DNA of 32,000 nucleotides from Flavobacteriaceae bacterium (GTDB lineage Bacteria; Bacteroidota; Bacteroidia; Flavobacteriales; Flavobacteriaceae): contig OZ245049.1 in assembly GCA_965224465.1 (NCBI GenBank), positions 5,209,565 to 5,241,564 on the forward strand, in the 5' to 3' direction. Of the stretch, positions 9,748 through 18,185 are shown piece after piece. Under the pieces are notes generated by a model. It was not told where the DNA came from, did no database searches, and worked only from the letters and a program-made list of their open reading frames with translations. Numbering within the stretch: the first letter of the stretch is position 1; the number at the start of each line of letters is the position of its first letter. A program made the translations under genes and the position numbers.

Positions 9748-9910
9748 ATACCAAATACATTTCTAAGTGACGGTTTATAAATGGAATTATTTTTTGTTTT
9801 AGCTAGGCGAAAAATGGATGGATAGTCTTAGCTAGTATTCTGTTTTTTAACAACGCTAGAACGTAAATTAAACTATTTATATCGGTTATTTTGAGTTTTA
9901 ATTGGTGTTA
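9748..9910 (+). repeat. Intergenic repeat family, full-length copy B (~163 bp)
   Basis: ataccaaatacatttctaagtgacggtttataaatggaattattttttgttttagctaggcgaaaaatggatggatag...tattctgttttttaacaacgctagaacgtaaattaaactatttatatcggttattttgagttttaattggtgtta. Positions 9786-9825 are a 40-nt exact match to copy E (29437-29476, opposite strand). Confidence 0.9.
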
Positions 9911-10154
9911 ATCCCTTATTGAGTGAGGGTATTTCCTGGAGTTATGGGGCTAAATGGAAACGAGTCTTTTGAAAGTGTATCTCCTGCCTTGGGGAGAGGC
10001 TGTTGATAGGTGTTGAATTGATTTTATGAGATGAATGCTAGATATATCAGTTTTAAAATTCAAATTATTTTCACAAAATAAACAGTCAGTTTGGTGTGTA
10101 AACCGCTAAAAAAAGAATGGTTTTATGCTGTTTGTTGACCTTTGTAGAAATATG

Positions 10155-10544
10155 TTAACTTAGAAAATCAGTAATTAATTTTTCGTCAATATTAAAATAA
10201 TTTGCCGCGGCTTTTACGGTGTCAAATGTTAAGGCATTCGTGAAATTAAATTTTTTGATATAGATGAGGTACAATTTTTTTGTTTCTTCTCTTTCTATGA
10301 TAAAACCTTTTGTTTGACTCGGAACGTTTTTTATGTGGATTCCATTTAAGAATGTCATAAATTCCCTTTTTTCAATGTCTATTTTAGAGAACCTAAAATC
10401 ATTTAAAATACGAAAATCTGGATATTGATCATTTAATTGCATGGTCCTAATAATTATTTGTTGAAATTCGATAAGGTCAATAGTTCCTCTGAATTTTTTT
10501 ACAATGATTTTTTCATCATTAAATATTTTAAATTGATATGGCAT
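10155..10544 (-). CDS. hypothetical protein (129 aa); a small STAS-like alpha/beta domain is only a guess
   Basis: Uninterrupted ORF with an ATG start and very AT-rich codons. Isolated between long non-coding spacers. I recognise no motif. Confidence 0.6.
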   Translation of the reverse strand: MPYQFKIFNDEKIIVKKFRGTIDLIEFQQIIIRTMQLNDQYPDFRILNDFRFSKIDIEKREFMTFLNGIHIKNVPSQTKGFIIEREETKKLYLIYIKKFNFTNALTFDTVKAAANYFNIDEKLITDFLS

Positions 10545-10730
10545 AATGAACGATTTACTTTAAGCGATATGAAATTGGAATATAAGTGAAATAATGTAGG
10601 GAAACAAATATGTGTTTTTAGCTGTGTTGGTTATAGATATTTGTTTTCTGTATTCCAGAAAAATCACACCAGAATAAAAGGGGTAGAAGGAAGTTTTGAA
10701 ACTGGTTTTTTTAATGAGATTTGTGGTTTC

Positions 10731-10772
10731 AAAAAAAGAGCTGAATCACATAAATGATTCAGCTCTTTTTTG
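10731..10772. terminator. Bidirectional rho-independent terminator downstream of lpdA
   Basis: 12-bp perfect stem agagctgaatca / tgattcagctct (10737-10748 / 10755-10766) with a 6-nt loop. A-run on the left and T6 on the right. Confidence 0.85.
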
Positions 10773-10808
10773 TTTATTTATTAGCGGTAATAAAGAAGGG
10801 GCACTTTT

Positions 10809-12197
10809 TTACAAGTGTATCACTTCGTCATAAGCATCTGCTACAGCTTCCATTACAGCTTCACTCATTGTTGGGTGTGGATGGATGGTTTTTAAGACAT
10901 CGTGTCCAGTAGTTTCTAACTTACGTCCTAAAACGGCTTCCGCAATCATGTCGGTAACTCCTGCTCCAATCATATGACAACCTAACCATTCACCATATTT
11001 GGCGTCAAAAATAACTTTTACAAAACCTTCAGGTGTTCCTGCTGCTTTTGCTTTTCCTGATGCAGAGAACGGAAATTTACCTACTTTTATTTCGTATCCT
11101 TTTTCTATTGCTTGGGCTTCTGTCATTCCCACACTTGCAATTTCGGGAGTGGCATATGTACATCCAGGGATGTTTCCATAGTCTATAGCTTCAGTGTCTA
11201 AACCAGCTAGTTTTTCTACACAAGTAATTCCTTCTGCTGACGCAACGTGAGCCAATGCTGGTCCAGGTACAACATCACCTATAGCGTAATAACCAGGGAT
11301 GTTTGTTTGCATAAAGTCGTTGACTAATATTTTATCTCTGTCAACAACAATTCCAACATCTTCCAAACCAATGTTTTCAATGTTAGATTTGATACCTACT
11401 GCTGATAATAGGATGTCAGCTTCTAATATTTCTGTTCCTTTTTTTGTTTTTACAGTTGCTTTTACACCTTTTCCAGAAATATCAACAGACTCAACAGATG
11501 AATTTAACATCACCTTGATTCCCGATTTCTTGAAAGAACGTGCAAATTGTTTTGATATGTCAATATCTTCAACAGGTACTAAATTAGGTAAGAACTCTAC
11601 AATAGTAACCTCTGTACCCATTGTATTGTAAAAATGAGCGAACTCAACACCAATAGCTCCTGAACCTACAATAATCATCTTTTTTGGTTGGCTTGGCAAA
11701 GTCAATGCTTCTCGGTAACCGATTACTTTTTTACCGTCTTGTGGTAAATTTGGTAATTCACGAGAGCGAGCACCAGTAGCAATAATAATAGTGTCAGCAC
11801 TGTATTCTGTAACCTTCCCATCAGCATCTGTTACGTCTACTTTTTTTCCTGTTTTTATTTTCCCAAAACCGTCAATAATATCGATGTTGTTTTTCTTCAT
11901 TAAAAAGGCAACACCTTTACTCATTCCATCAGCAACATCTCTACTGCGTTTTACAACGGCATTAAAATCTTTGTCTATGGCTTCCGCCTTTAAACCATAT
12001 TGGTCTACATGCTTTAAATAATCATACACTTGAGCACTTTTTAAAAGTGCTTTGGTAGGGATACATCCCCAGTTTAGGCAAATTCCACCTAGATTTTCTT
12101 TTTCAACTACGGCTACTTTAAATCCTAGTTGAGAAGCTCTAATCGCTGTAACATAGCCTCCGGGACCACTACCAATTATAATGATATCATATTTCAT
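10809..12197 (-). CDS. lpdA: dihydrolipoyl dehydrogenase (E3 component)
   Basis: 462-aa ORF with GSGPGGY FAD-binding motif, redox-active GGICLNWGCIPTK disulfide, GSGAIGVEF NAD-binding motif and C-terminal HPHPTMSE. Confidence 0.95.
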   Translation of the reverse strand: MKYDIIIIGSGPGGYVTAIRASQLGFKVAVVEKENLGGICLNWGCIPTKALLKSAQVYDYLKHVDQYGLKAEAIDKDFNAVVKRSRDVADGMSKGVAFLMKKNNIDIIDGFGKIKTGKKVDVTDADGKVTEYSADTIIIATGARSRELPNLPQDGKKVIGYREALTLPSQPKKMIIVGSGAIGVEFAHFYNTMGTEVTIVEFLPNLVPVEDIDISKQFARSFKKSGIKVMLNSSVESVDISGKGVKATVKTKKGTEILEADILLSAVGIKSNIENIGLEDVGIVVDRDKILVNDFMQTNIPGYYAIGDVVPGPALAHVASAEGITCVEKLAGLDTEAIDYGNIPGCTYATPEIASVGMTEAQAIEKGYEIKVGKFPFSASGKAKAAGTPEGFVKVIFDAKYGEWLGCHMIGAGVTDMIAEAVLGRKLETTGHDVLKTIHPHPTMSEAVMEAVADAYDEVIHL

Positions 12198-12225
12198 AAA
12201 AAAAAGAATTTTTAATTTAAGTAGG

Positions 12226-12233
12226 CAAATTTA
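12226..12233 (-). promoter_or_regulatory. Bacteroidota-type -7 box (TAaaTTTG) for lpdA
   Basis: Plus strand caaattta equals minus-strand TAAATTTG. Lies 29-36 nt upstream of the lpdA ATG (12195-12197). Confidence 0.5.
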
Positions 12234-12396
12234 CGTAGAAGATTTTTAATAGCCATGATATAACAGTTAATCTCTAAAATGTAATTACGAAAACATAATA
12301 GTTTGCTTAAAATTCCTTATTATTGTAAGTGTAACTGACGTACAAAAGTTCCTTTTAATGGATGTATCTTTTTAATTTTTAAAATTTTTAATTTTC

Positions 12397-14553
12397 ATGA
12401 AAACACTCCATCTTTTAACCTGCTTAATTTTACTTACACAGCTGTCTTGTGACGGCGATTTACCTAAAAATACAATGACGAAACACCACGAAAATAATCC
12501 TCTTTTGGAAACATGGAATACCCCCTTTGGAGTGCCTCCGTTTGATAAAATAAAAGCAGCGCATTATTTGCCCGCTTTTGAACAGGGCTTTTTGGAAAAT
12601 AGAGCAGAAATAGAGGCAATAACAAATACTACGGAACTGCCAACTTTTGAAAACACAATTTTGGCATTAGAACGATCAGGAAAGACTTTAAGTAAAGTGA
12701 ATCGTGTGTTTTCTGCGGTAAATGCAGCGCATTCTGATAAAGAGATTAGAGAAATTGCACGTGTTATTGCTCCTCTAAAAGCAACGCATAGGGATGCTAT
12801 TAATTTGAATTATACATTGTTTGAAAAAGTAGCTGTTGTGTATAAGCAACGTGCTTCTTTGAATTTAGACATAGAATCAAGTAAATTATTAGAGGAAACA
12901 TATAAAGGTTTTATACGTTCTGGTGTTAACCTGAAAGGGAAAGCAAATACTCGTTTGCGTGAAATTAATGCTGAATTAGCTTCGTTGGAAGAACTATTTG
13001 GGAAAAATGTACTGGAAGAAACCAATGCTTTTGAACTGTATATAAATGATGAAAAAGAGCTAGGAGAGTTGCCTAGTAATCTAAAGGCTATTGCCTCTAA
13101 TGAAGCAAAAAAGAGGGGGCATGAGAAAGGTTGGTCTATTACTTTACAGCGACCGAGTATCAATCCATTTCTACAGGCTTCGAGCAATTCAGAATTACGT
13201 CAAAAAATATATGATGGATATGCTCTAAGAGGGAATAATAACAATGAGAGGGACAATAAAAAGATTGTAGAAAAGGTAGTGAGCTTACGTTTAGAGCGCT
13301 CTCAATTACTAGGTTTTGAGTCTCATGCAGCGTTTAAATTGTCAAATACAATGGCAGAGAATCCTGAAAATGTATATGAGTTTTTAGATAAATTATGGCC
13401 GGCTGCTTTGGAGATGGCTAAAAAGGAAGTACGGGCTTTACAGGCATATAAAAATAAAGAAATTGAACAATTAGGAGGCCTCAAGAATAGGAGTGCTTTG
13501 AGTGAGACGTTAACGGGAGGAGATTGGAGACATTATGTAGAAAAAGTAAGGAAAGAACGCTATGCTTTTAATGAAGACGAAATGCGTCCATATTTTGAAT
13601 GTGGAGCCGTTATGCAAGGTGCTTTTAAAGTGGCTACTGAATTGTATGGAATTACATTTAACGAATTAGATAAGATGCCTAAATGGCATAAAGACCAACA
13701 AGTTTTTGAAGTAAAAGAAGCCGATGGAACTCATATAGGGATTATATATATGGATATGTTTGCCCGTGAAAGTAAACGTGGAGGGGCTTGGATGAATAGC
13801 TTAAGGTCACAGTCTAAATTGGATGGGATTGTACATCCTATTGTGACAAACAATTGTAATTTTCCTCCTCCAATGGATGGTGAACCTTCGTTATTATCGT
13901 TCTCAGAAGCACAAACTTTATTTCATGAATTTGGACATGGATTGCACGGATTGTTGTCTGATGTAACTTTTGGATCCTTATCGGGGACAAATGTGCCACG
14001 AGATTTTGTGGAGTTTCCTTCTCAAGTAATGGAAAACTGGATGAGCGATCCTGAAGTCTTGAAGTTATATGCGAAACACTATAAAACAGGCGAAGTGATT
14101 CCAGATGCATTGGTAGAAAAAATGAATAAGGCCAATCAATTTAATGCTGGATTTAGAACGGTTGAATATATGGCTGCAGCCTATTTAGATATGGCTTTCC
14201 ATAGTTTAAAAAAAGAAGGAACTATTGATACTGGTGCTTTTGAAAAAGCAGAAATGAAACGCATAGGATTGATAGCCCAAATTATTCCTCGGTACCGTGC
14301 TACCTATTTTAATCATGTGTTTTCTGGAGGGTATTCCGCGGGGTATTATAGCTATTTATGGTCCGAAGTATTGGATTCTGATGGCTTTGAAGCCTTTAAA
14401 GAAACCTCTATTTTTGATAAAGAAACGGCAAATAAATTTCGTAAATTATTGTCTCAAGGAGGTACAAAATCAGGAATGGAATTGTATAAAGAATTTCGTG
14501 GTAGAGCACCTAAAATGGAGCCATTAATGCGTAGAAAAGGTTTTTTTAAATAA
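12397..14553 (+). CDS. dcp: M3-family peptidyl-dipeptidase (Dcp-like), probable lipoprotein
   Basis: 718-aa ORF with HEFGHGLH zinc motif (HExxH) and M3-typical FHEFGH context. The N-terminal signal carries lipobox-like LTQLSC. Confidence 0.9.
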   Translation: MKTLHLLTCLILLTQLSCDGDLPKNTMTKHHENNPLLETWNTPFGVPPFDKIKAAHYLPAFEQGFLENRAEIEAITNTTELPTFENTILALERSGKTLSKVNRVFSAVNAAHSDKEIREIARVIAPLKATHRDAINLNYTLFEKVAVVYKQRASLNLDIESSKLLEETYKGFIRSGVNLKGKANTRLREINAELASLEELFGKNVLEETNAFELYINDEKELGELPSNLKAIASNEAKKRGHEKGWSITLQRPSINPFLQASSNSELRQKIYDGYALRGNNNNERDNKKIVEKVVSLRLERSQLLGFESHAAFKLSNTMAENPENVYEFLDKLWPAALEMAKKEVRALQAYKNKEIEQLGGLKNRSALSETLTGGDWRHYVEKVRKERYAFNEDEMRPYFECGAVMQGAFKVATELYGITFNELDKMPKWHKDQQVFEVKEADGTHIGIIYMDMFARESKRGGAWMNSLRSQSKLDGIVHPIVTNNCNFPPPMDGEPSLLSFSEAQTLFHEFGHGLHGLLSDVTFGSLSGTNVPRDFVEFPSQVMENWMSDPEVLKLYAKHYKTGEVIPDALVEKMNKANQFNAGFRTVEYMAAAYLDMAFHSLKKEGTIDTGAFEKAEMKRIGLIAQIIPRYRATYFNHVFSGGYSAGYYSYLWSEVLDSDGFEAFKETSIFDKETANKFRKLLSQGGTKSGMELYKEFRGRAPKMEPLMRRKGFFK

Positions 14554-14559
14554 GATATT

Positions 14560-14605
14560 ATACCAAATACATTTCCAAATAACGATTTAGAAATGTATTT
14601 GGTAT
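14560..14605 (+). repeat. Perfect 16-bp hairpin derived from the 5' end of the repeat family; possible dcp 3' structure
   Basis: ataccaaatacatttc (14560-14575) / gaaatgtatttggtat (14590-14605) with a 14-nt loop. The left arm equals the 5' terminus of the full-length repeats. Begins 6 nt after the dcp stop. No T-run follows. Confidence 0.8.
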
Positions 14606-14748
14606 TAGTAGTGAGGTGTTGGTAGTGAGGTTTGTAAAAATAGAGACAAGAGATTGGAGACTATTCCGTTACAATGGCGTTCTCACTTCTCACGATTAAC
14701 ATCTCAATACTTTTTTAGCAATCACTACATTTCTAAACTTTAAAAGCT

Positions 14749-14756
14749 TACATTTG
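14749..14756 (+). promoter_or_regulatory. -7 box TAcaTTTG embedded in an inverted repeat TACA-tt-TGTA, directly upstream of the LexA-like gene
   Basis: tacatttg is an exact match to TAnnTTTG, and tacatttgta (14749-14758) has inverted arms TACA/TGTA. It ends 8 nt before the ATG at 14764, which implies a leaderless or very short leader mRNA. Confidence 0.4.
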
Positions 14757-14763
14757 TAGTATT

Positions 14764-15537
14764 ATGGGGAAAATATCAAAAAACATTCGACATTTAAGGA
14801 AATTAAAAGATTTAACACAGGAGCAATTTGCCGATGAAATACACGTAACACGTTCTCGAATCGGATCTTATGAGGAGGGAAGGTCGGAGCCGTCCATTGC
14901 TACATTAATAAGTATCGCTACGTATTTTAATTTACCTGTAGATGTATTAATTAAAAGTGATTTGACAGCAGCTACAGATGCATCCTTTATAGAAATAGGA
15001 AATCAGCGTGTGTTGTTCCCTATTATAGTAGATGGAGAGAATGAAGACTTGATCGAAATTATTCCGATAAAAGCATCAGCAGGGTATTTACGCGGTTATT
15101 CAGATCCAGAATACATTGAGCATTTAGAAAAAATAAAATTACCCTTTTTACCCACAGGAAAGCATCGTGCATTTCCTATAAAAGGAGACTCTATGTTGCC
15201 AGTTAAAAGTGGCGCTTATATTGTTGCGAAATTTATAGAAGATATTCGGGACATCAAAGATGGAAGAACCTATATTGTGGTGACTTTGAACGATGGTATT
15301 GTGTACAAACGTGTTTTTGATAAGATGGAAAATCATCAATGTTTAATGTTAGTTTCAGATAATAAAAAGTACGAATCATATTACGTGCCTGCCAACGAAG
15401 TCTTGGAATTATGGGAGTTTACCTGTAGTATCAATACGCAGGAATATGATGAACACGAGTTGAAGTTGAGCAGCATCATGTCCATGTTTAATGATTTGGG
15501 GGTGGAGTTAAAAGAACTTAAAAAGCAATTGAATTAG
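14764..15537 (+). CDS. HTH (XRE/cI-type) plus S24 peptidase, LexA-like autocleavable repressor
   Basis: 257-aa ORF. The N-terminal helix-turn-helix is LTQEQFADEIHVTRSRIGSYEEGRSEP. The C-terminal S24 domain has catalytic Ser in KGDSMLP and Lys in VYKRV. Confidence 0.88.
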   Translation: MGKISKNIRHLRKLKDLTQEQFADEIHVTRSRIGSYEEGRSEPSIATLISIATYFNLPVDVLIKSDLTAATDASFIEIGNQRVLFPIIVDGENEDLIEIIPIKASAGYLRGYSDPEYIEHLEKIKLPFLPTGKHRAFPIKGDSMLPVKSGAYIVAKFIEDIRDIKDGRTYIVVTLNDGIVYKRVFDKMENHQCLMLVSDNKKYESYYVPANEVLELWEFTCSINTQEYDEHELKLSSIMSMFNDLGVELKELKKQLN

Positions 15538-15553
15538 GCATTATGGAAAATTA

Positions 15554-15622
15554 ATTTCCAACGGACTGTTTAGAAACAGAAAAGACTTGATTTATATCGG
15601 TCAATTGGATTTTTTTTGGTGT
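15554..15622 (+). repeat. Internally deleted copy of the repeat family (~70 bp)
   Basis: atttccaacggactgtttagaaacag resembles the 5' module catttccaagtgacggtttagaaatgg. atttatatcggtcaattggatttttttggtgt resembles the 3' module, with atttatatcggt exact and a ttggtgt end as in copy B. Starts 16 nt after the repressor stop. Confidence 0.55.
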
Positions 15623-15669
15623 CATAATTCCTTTTTATAAATAGTATCTAATTTAGACAATTAATTACA

Positions 15670-17160
15670 ATGCATTACGCAATTATTGATATTGAGACAA
15701 CAGGAATGGGCGTTCAGGGGAATAAAATCACTGAAATCGCTATTTTTATTCACGATGGAACACAGGTGATTGATACTTATGACAGTCTGATAGACCCAGA
15801 ATGTTCCATACCGTATACTATTACAGAACTTACAGGGATTACCAATGCAATGGTACAAGGTGCTCCTAAATTTAATGAGGTAGCTAAGAAAATTATTGAC
15901 TTTACAGCCGATTGTGTTTTTGTAGCACATAATGTAAATTTTGATTACAACGTAATGCATAAAGAGTTTAACGAACTCGGCCTTACTTTTAAACGTAAAA
16001 AATTGTGTACAATTCGTTTGTCCAGAAAATTGATACCTGGCTTATCATCTTATAGTTTAGGTAAAATGTGTGTTTCACAGAATATTGTGATTAAAAATCG
16101 CCACCGTGCTAAGGGAGATGCAGAGGCTACCGTAATTTTATTTGAGAGATTGTTGGCTTTGGATACAGACAGTGAGGTGTTTGAGTCGTTTTTAAACCCT
16201 GGTTCTAAAAAGGGCGTTTTGCCGCCTTTAATAGCTAAAGAAACGGTAGATAAATTACCTGAATCGGAAGGAGTGTATTATTTTAAAAATTCCGAAGAGG
16301 AAATTATCTATGTAGGAAAAGATGTGAATATCAAGCAGGGCGTGCTTCGTCATTTTAATGATAAAAAAAAGAAGAAACTGACCATGTGTATGCAAACTGT
16401 CGATGTTACGTATCAAAGCACAGGGAGTGAGTTGCTTGCGGTTTTATTGGAATCAGCAGAAATAAAAAAGTATTCCCCTTCCTACAATAGCGTACAGAAA
16501 AATGTGAGCGAAAGCTATGGACTGTTTAGTTTTGAAGATAGAGATGGAATTATCCATTTGGGAGTGAGTCGATTAAAGTCTATACAAGATCCGTTGGTCA
16601 ATTTTTATACAAATACAGAAGGAAAAGTATTTTTAGAAGAGTTGTGTAACGAATATAAGTTGTGCCCCAAATACTGTCATTTACAAAATAATGTGGCTAC
16701 TTGTTTGGATTCTCAACTGAAAAAATGCAAAGGGATTTGTCAAAAAAAAGAATCAGTGGTAGCCTATAATGGACGCGTGAAAACGGCGATTGATTATGTG
16801 AGTACCGAAGATGAAACCTATATAATCACTCAGCAAGGTCGGTCAAAGGAAGAAAGTGCTTTCGTAATGGTAGAAATGGGGATTTATAAAGGTTTTGGCT
16901 ATGCTGATGCAAAAAAAACATTTACGAGTTTAGAAGAGTACAGGCTTTTACTCATTCCTCAAAAAGACAACCGTGAGATTCAACGAATTTTAAAAAACTG
17001 GAAACGTACAGAAGAAAAAATCTTAGAGAATGATGAAAAAAATAATATAGTTTCCTTGCAAAAATGGTGGACTATGGACGATTTGGAAACTGAAAAGAAT
17101 AAAGATGAAATTGCAGAAGAAGCAAAATTAACAAATGTAGGCTTGTTTGGATTGATGTAG
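15670..17160 (+). CDS. DEDDh 3'-5' exonuclease (DnaQ/epsilon-like) fused to a GIY-YIG (UvrC/Cho-like) nuclease domain
   Basis: 496-aa ORF with ExoI AIIDIETTG, ExoII FVAHNVNFDYNVM and ExoIII HRAKGDAEAT. These are followed by GIY-YIG GVYYFKN...IIYVGKDVNIKQGVLRHF and ESAEIKKYSPSYN. Confidence 0.88.
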   Translation: MHYAIIDIETTGMGVQGNKITEIAIFIHDGTQVIDTYDSLIDPECSIPYTITELTGITNAMVQGAPKFNEVAKKIIDFTADCVFVAHNVNFDYNVMHKEFNELGLTFKRKKLCTIRLSRKLIPGLSSYSLGKMCVSQNIVIKNRHRAKGDAEATVILFERLLALDTDSEVFESFLNPGSKKGVLPPLIAKETVDKLPESEGVYYFKNSEEEIIYVGKDVNIKQGVLRHFNDKKKKKLTMCMQTVDVTYQSTGSELLAVLLESAEIKKYSPSYNSVQKNVSESYGLFSFEDRDGIIHLGVSRLKSIQDPLVNFYTNTEGKVFLEELCNEYKLCPKYCHLQNNVATCLDSQLKKCKGICQKKESVVAYNGRVKTAIDYVSTEDETYIITQQGRSKEESAFVMVEMGIYKGFGYADAKKTFTSLEEYRLLLIPQKDNREIQRILKNWKRTEEKILENDEKNNIVSLQKWWTMDDLETEKNKDEIAEEAKLTNVGLFGLM

Positions 17161-17275
17161 AATAACAGTCAATATTAGATGAATCTGACAGGAGCATGAA
17201 TTTTAAATAGTGGTTTATTTGATTGCTGGTCAAAGAAATATCGGACGTTGAAGTTTCTAACGTTGCTTTTTTTTA

Positions 17276-17303
17276 AAACCGTCAATGGAAATGTATTTGG
17301 TAT
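17276..17303 (-). repeat. Fragment of the repeat family (5' module, reverse orientation)
   Basis: The reverse complement reads ataccaaatacatttccattgacggttt, matching the 5' terminus of the full-length copies. Weaker similarity may extend down to about 17195. Confidence 0.65.
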
Positions 17304-17452
17304 CATACCTGTAAGCAAACACAGACACATGTATGTTGAAAATGCAGGAGTTTTTAGATCCAACAAATTTGAAAATGACGGTTGTAAATAAATCACCTTG
17401 TTTTTTACTAGAAAAGGGTTGTTAATCTCTTAAAATCCTATAATTTCGCCAA

Positions 17453-17836
17453 ATGGAAACACTTGAATATTTTTTTAAAACGGCTTCTGAAAGTATCGCC
17501 AATAATAATTTTGTAAAATTAACGCTAAGCAAGCCTATCCGTAAGGCAGAAGGGTTTTTAAACGTCTATGTTCGCTTGGTAATGATAGATCAAAAACAGG
17601 TGTTGCGTTTTAAATATAGGTATGCAGAAACCAATGAGTTAAAAACATTCTCGTTTTCAGAAGCTTTTGAAGAAATCACTAAATTACTAGATCAAAAATT
17701 TAGATTTGCAACCATTTTTAGTTTGGATAAAGATGTAATTGTAACGGTTTCTAAAAAGAAAAAACTGAATTATAGAGAAGCGTCTCCTAGTTTTAAAAAT
17801 AAATTACCAGAAGATCCAGACGGTCAAGACTCGTAA
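17453..17836 (+). CDS. hypothetical protein (127 aa); possibly the N-terminal remnant of a longer gene
   Basis: ORF with an ATG start. It is followed by 349 nt with no ORF of 60 aa or more in any frame. No catalytic motif recognised. Confidence 0.6.
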   Translation: METLEYFFKTASESIANNNFVKLTLSKPIRKAEGFLNVYVRLVMIDQKQVLRFKYRYAETNELKTFSFSEAFEEITKLLDQKFRFATIFSLDKDVIVTVSKKKKLNYREASPSFKNKLPEDPDGQDS

Positions 17837-18110
17837 ATGTGTTGTGTTCTTTAAAAGTATCTAGAGAAGAACAATGCAGGGATTTATCGTTTATAAAAAA
17901 CCACTCTAGTACTTGTAGGGATATAATGAATCTCTTAGTAAGGGATTTATCACTCAAGAATTGGTCTTTGTAGCATAATTTCTGTTCTCCTTGGGGCGAA
18001 GTTATTGATTTTAGTTTGTGAGAAACAAAGCTGTTTTTATTACGAAATCGTATGCGTTAAAATACGTTTAATTTTTGTAGTTGAGTAGTCTATAGCGTTT
18101 TTGAAACTGC

Positions 18111-18118
18111 TATATTTG
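18111..18118 (+). promoter_or_regulatory. -7 box TAtaTTTG upstream of the YccS-family gene
   Basis: Exact TAnnTTTG match 68 nt upstream of the ATG at 18186. Confidence 0.4.
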
Positions 18119-18185
18119 CAAAACACAAGAGATTGAGGTTGTTTATAGTGAATTTACTTCTTCTTTTAGGTAATTCTCAATACGT

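Noticed and set aside
17175-17396. 73-aa minus-strand ORF in the spacer after the exonuclease gene.
   Set aside because: It spans two degenerate repeat fragments, has low-complexity and unusual composition, and has no promoter box. It is most likely a chance ORF in AT-rich spacer.
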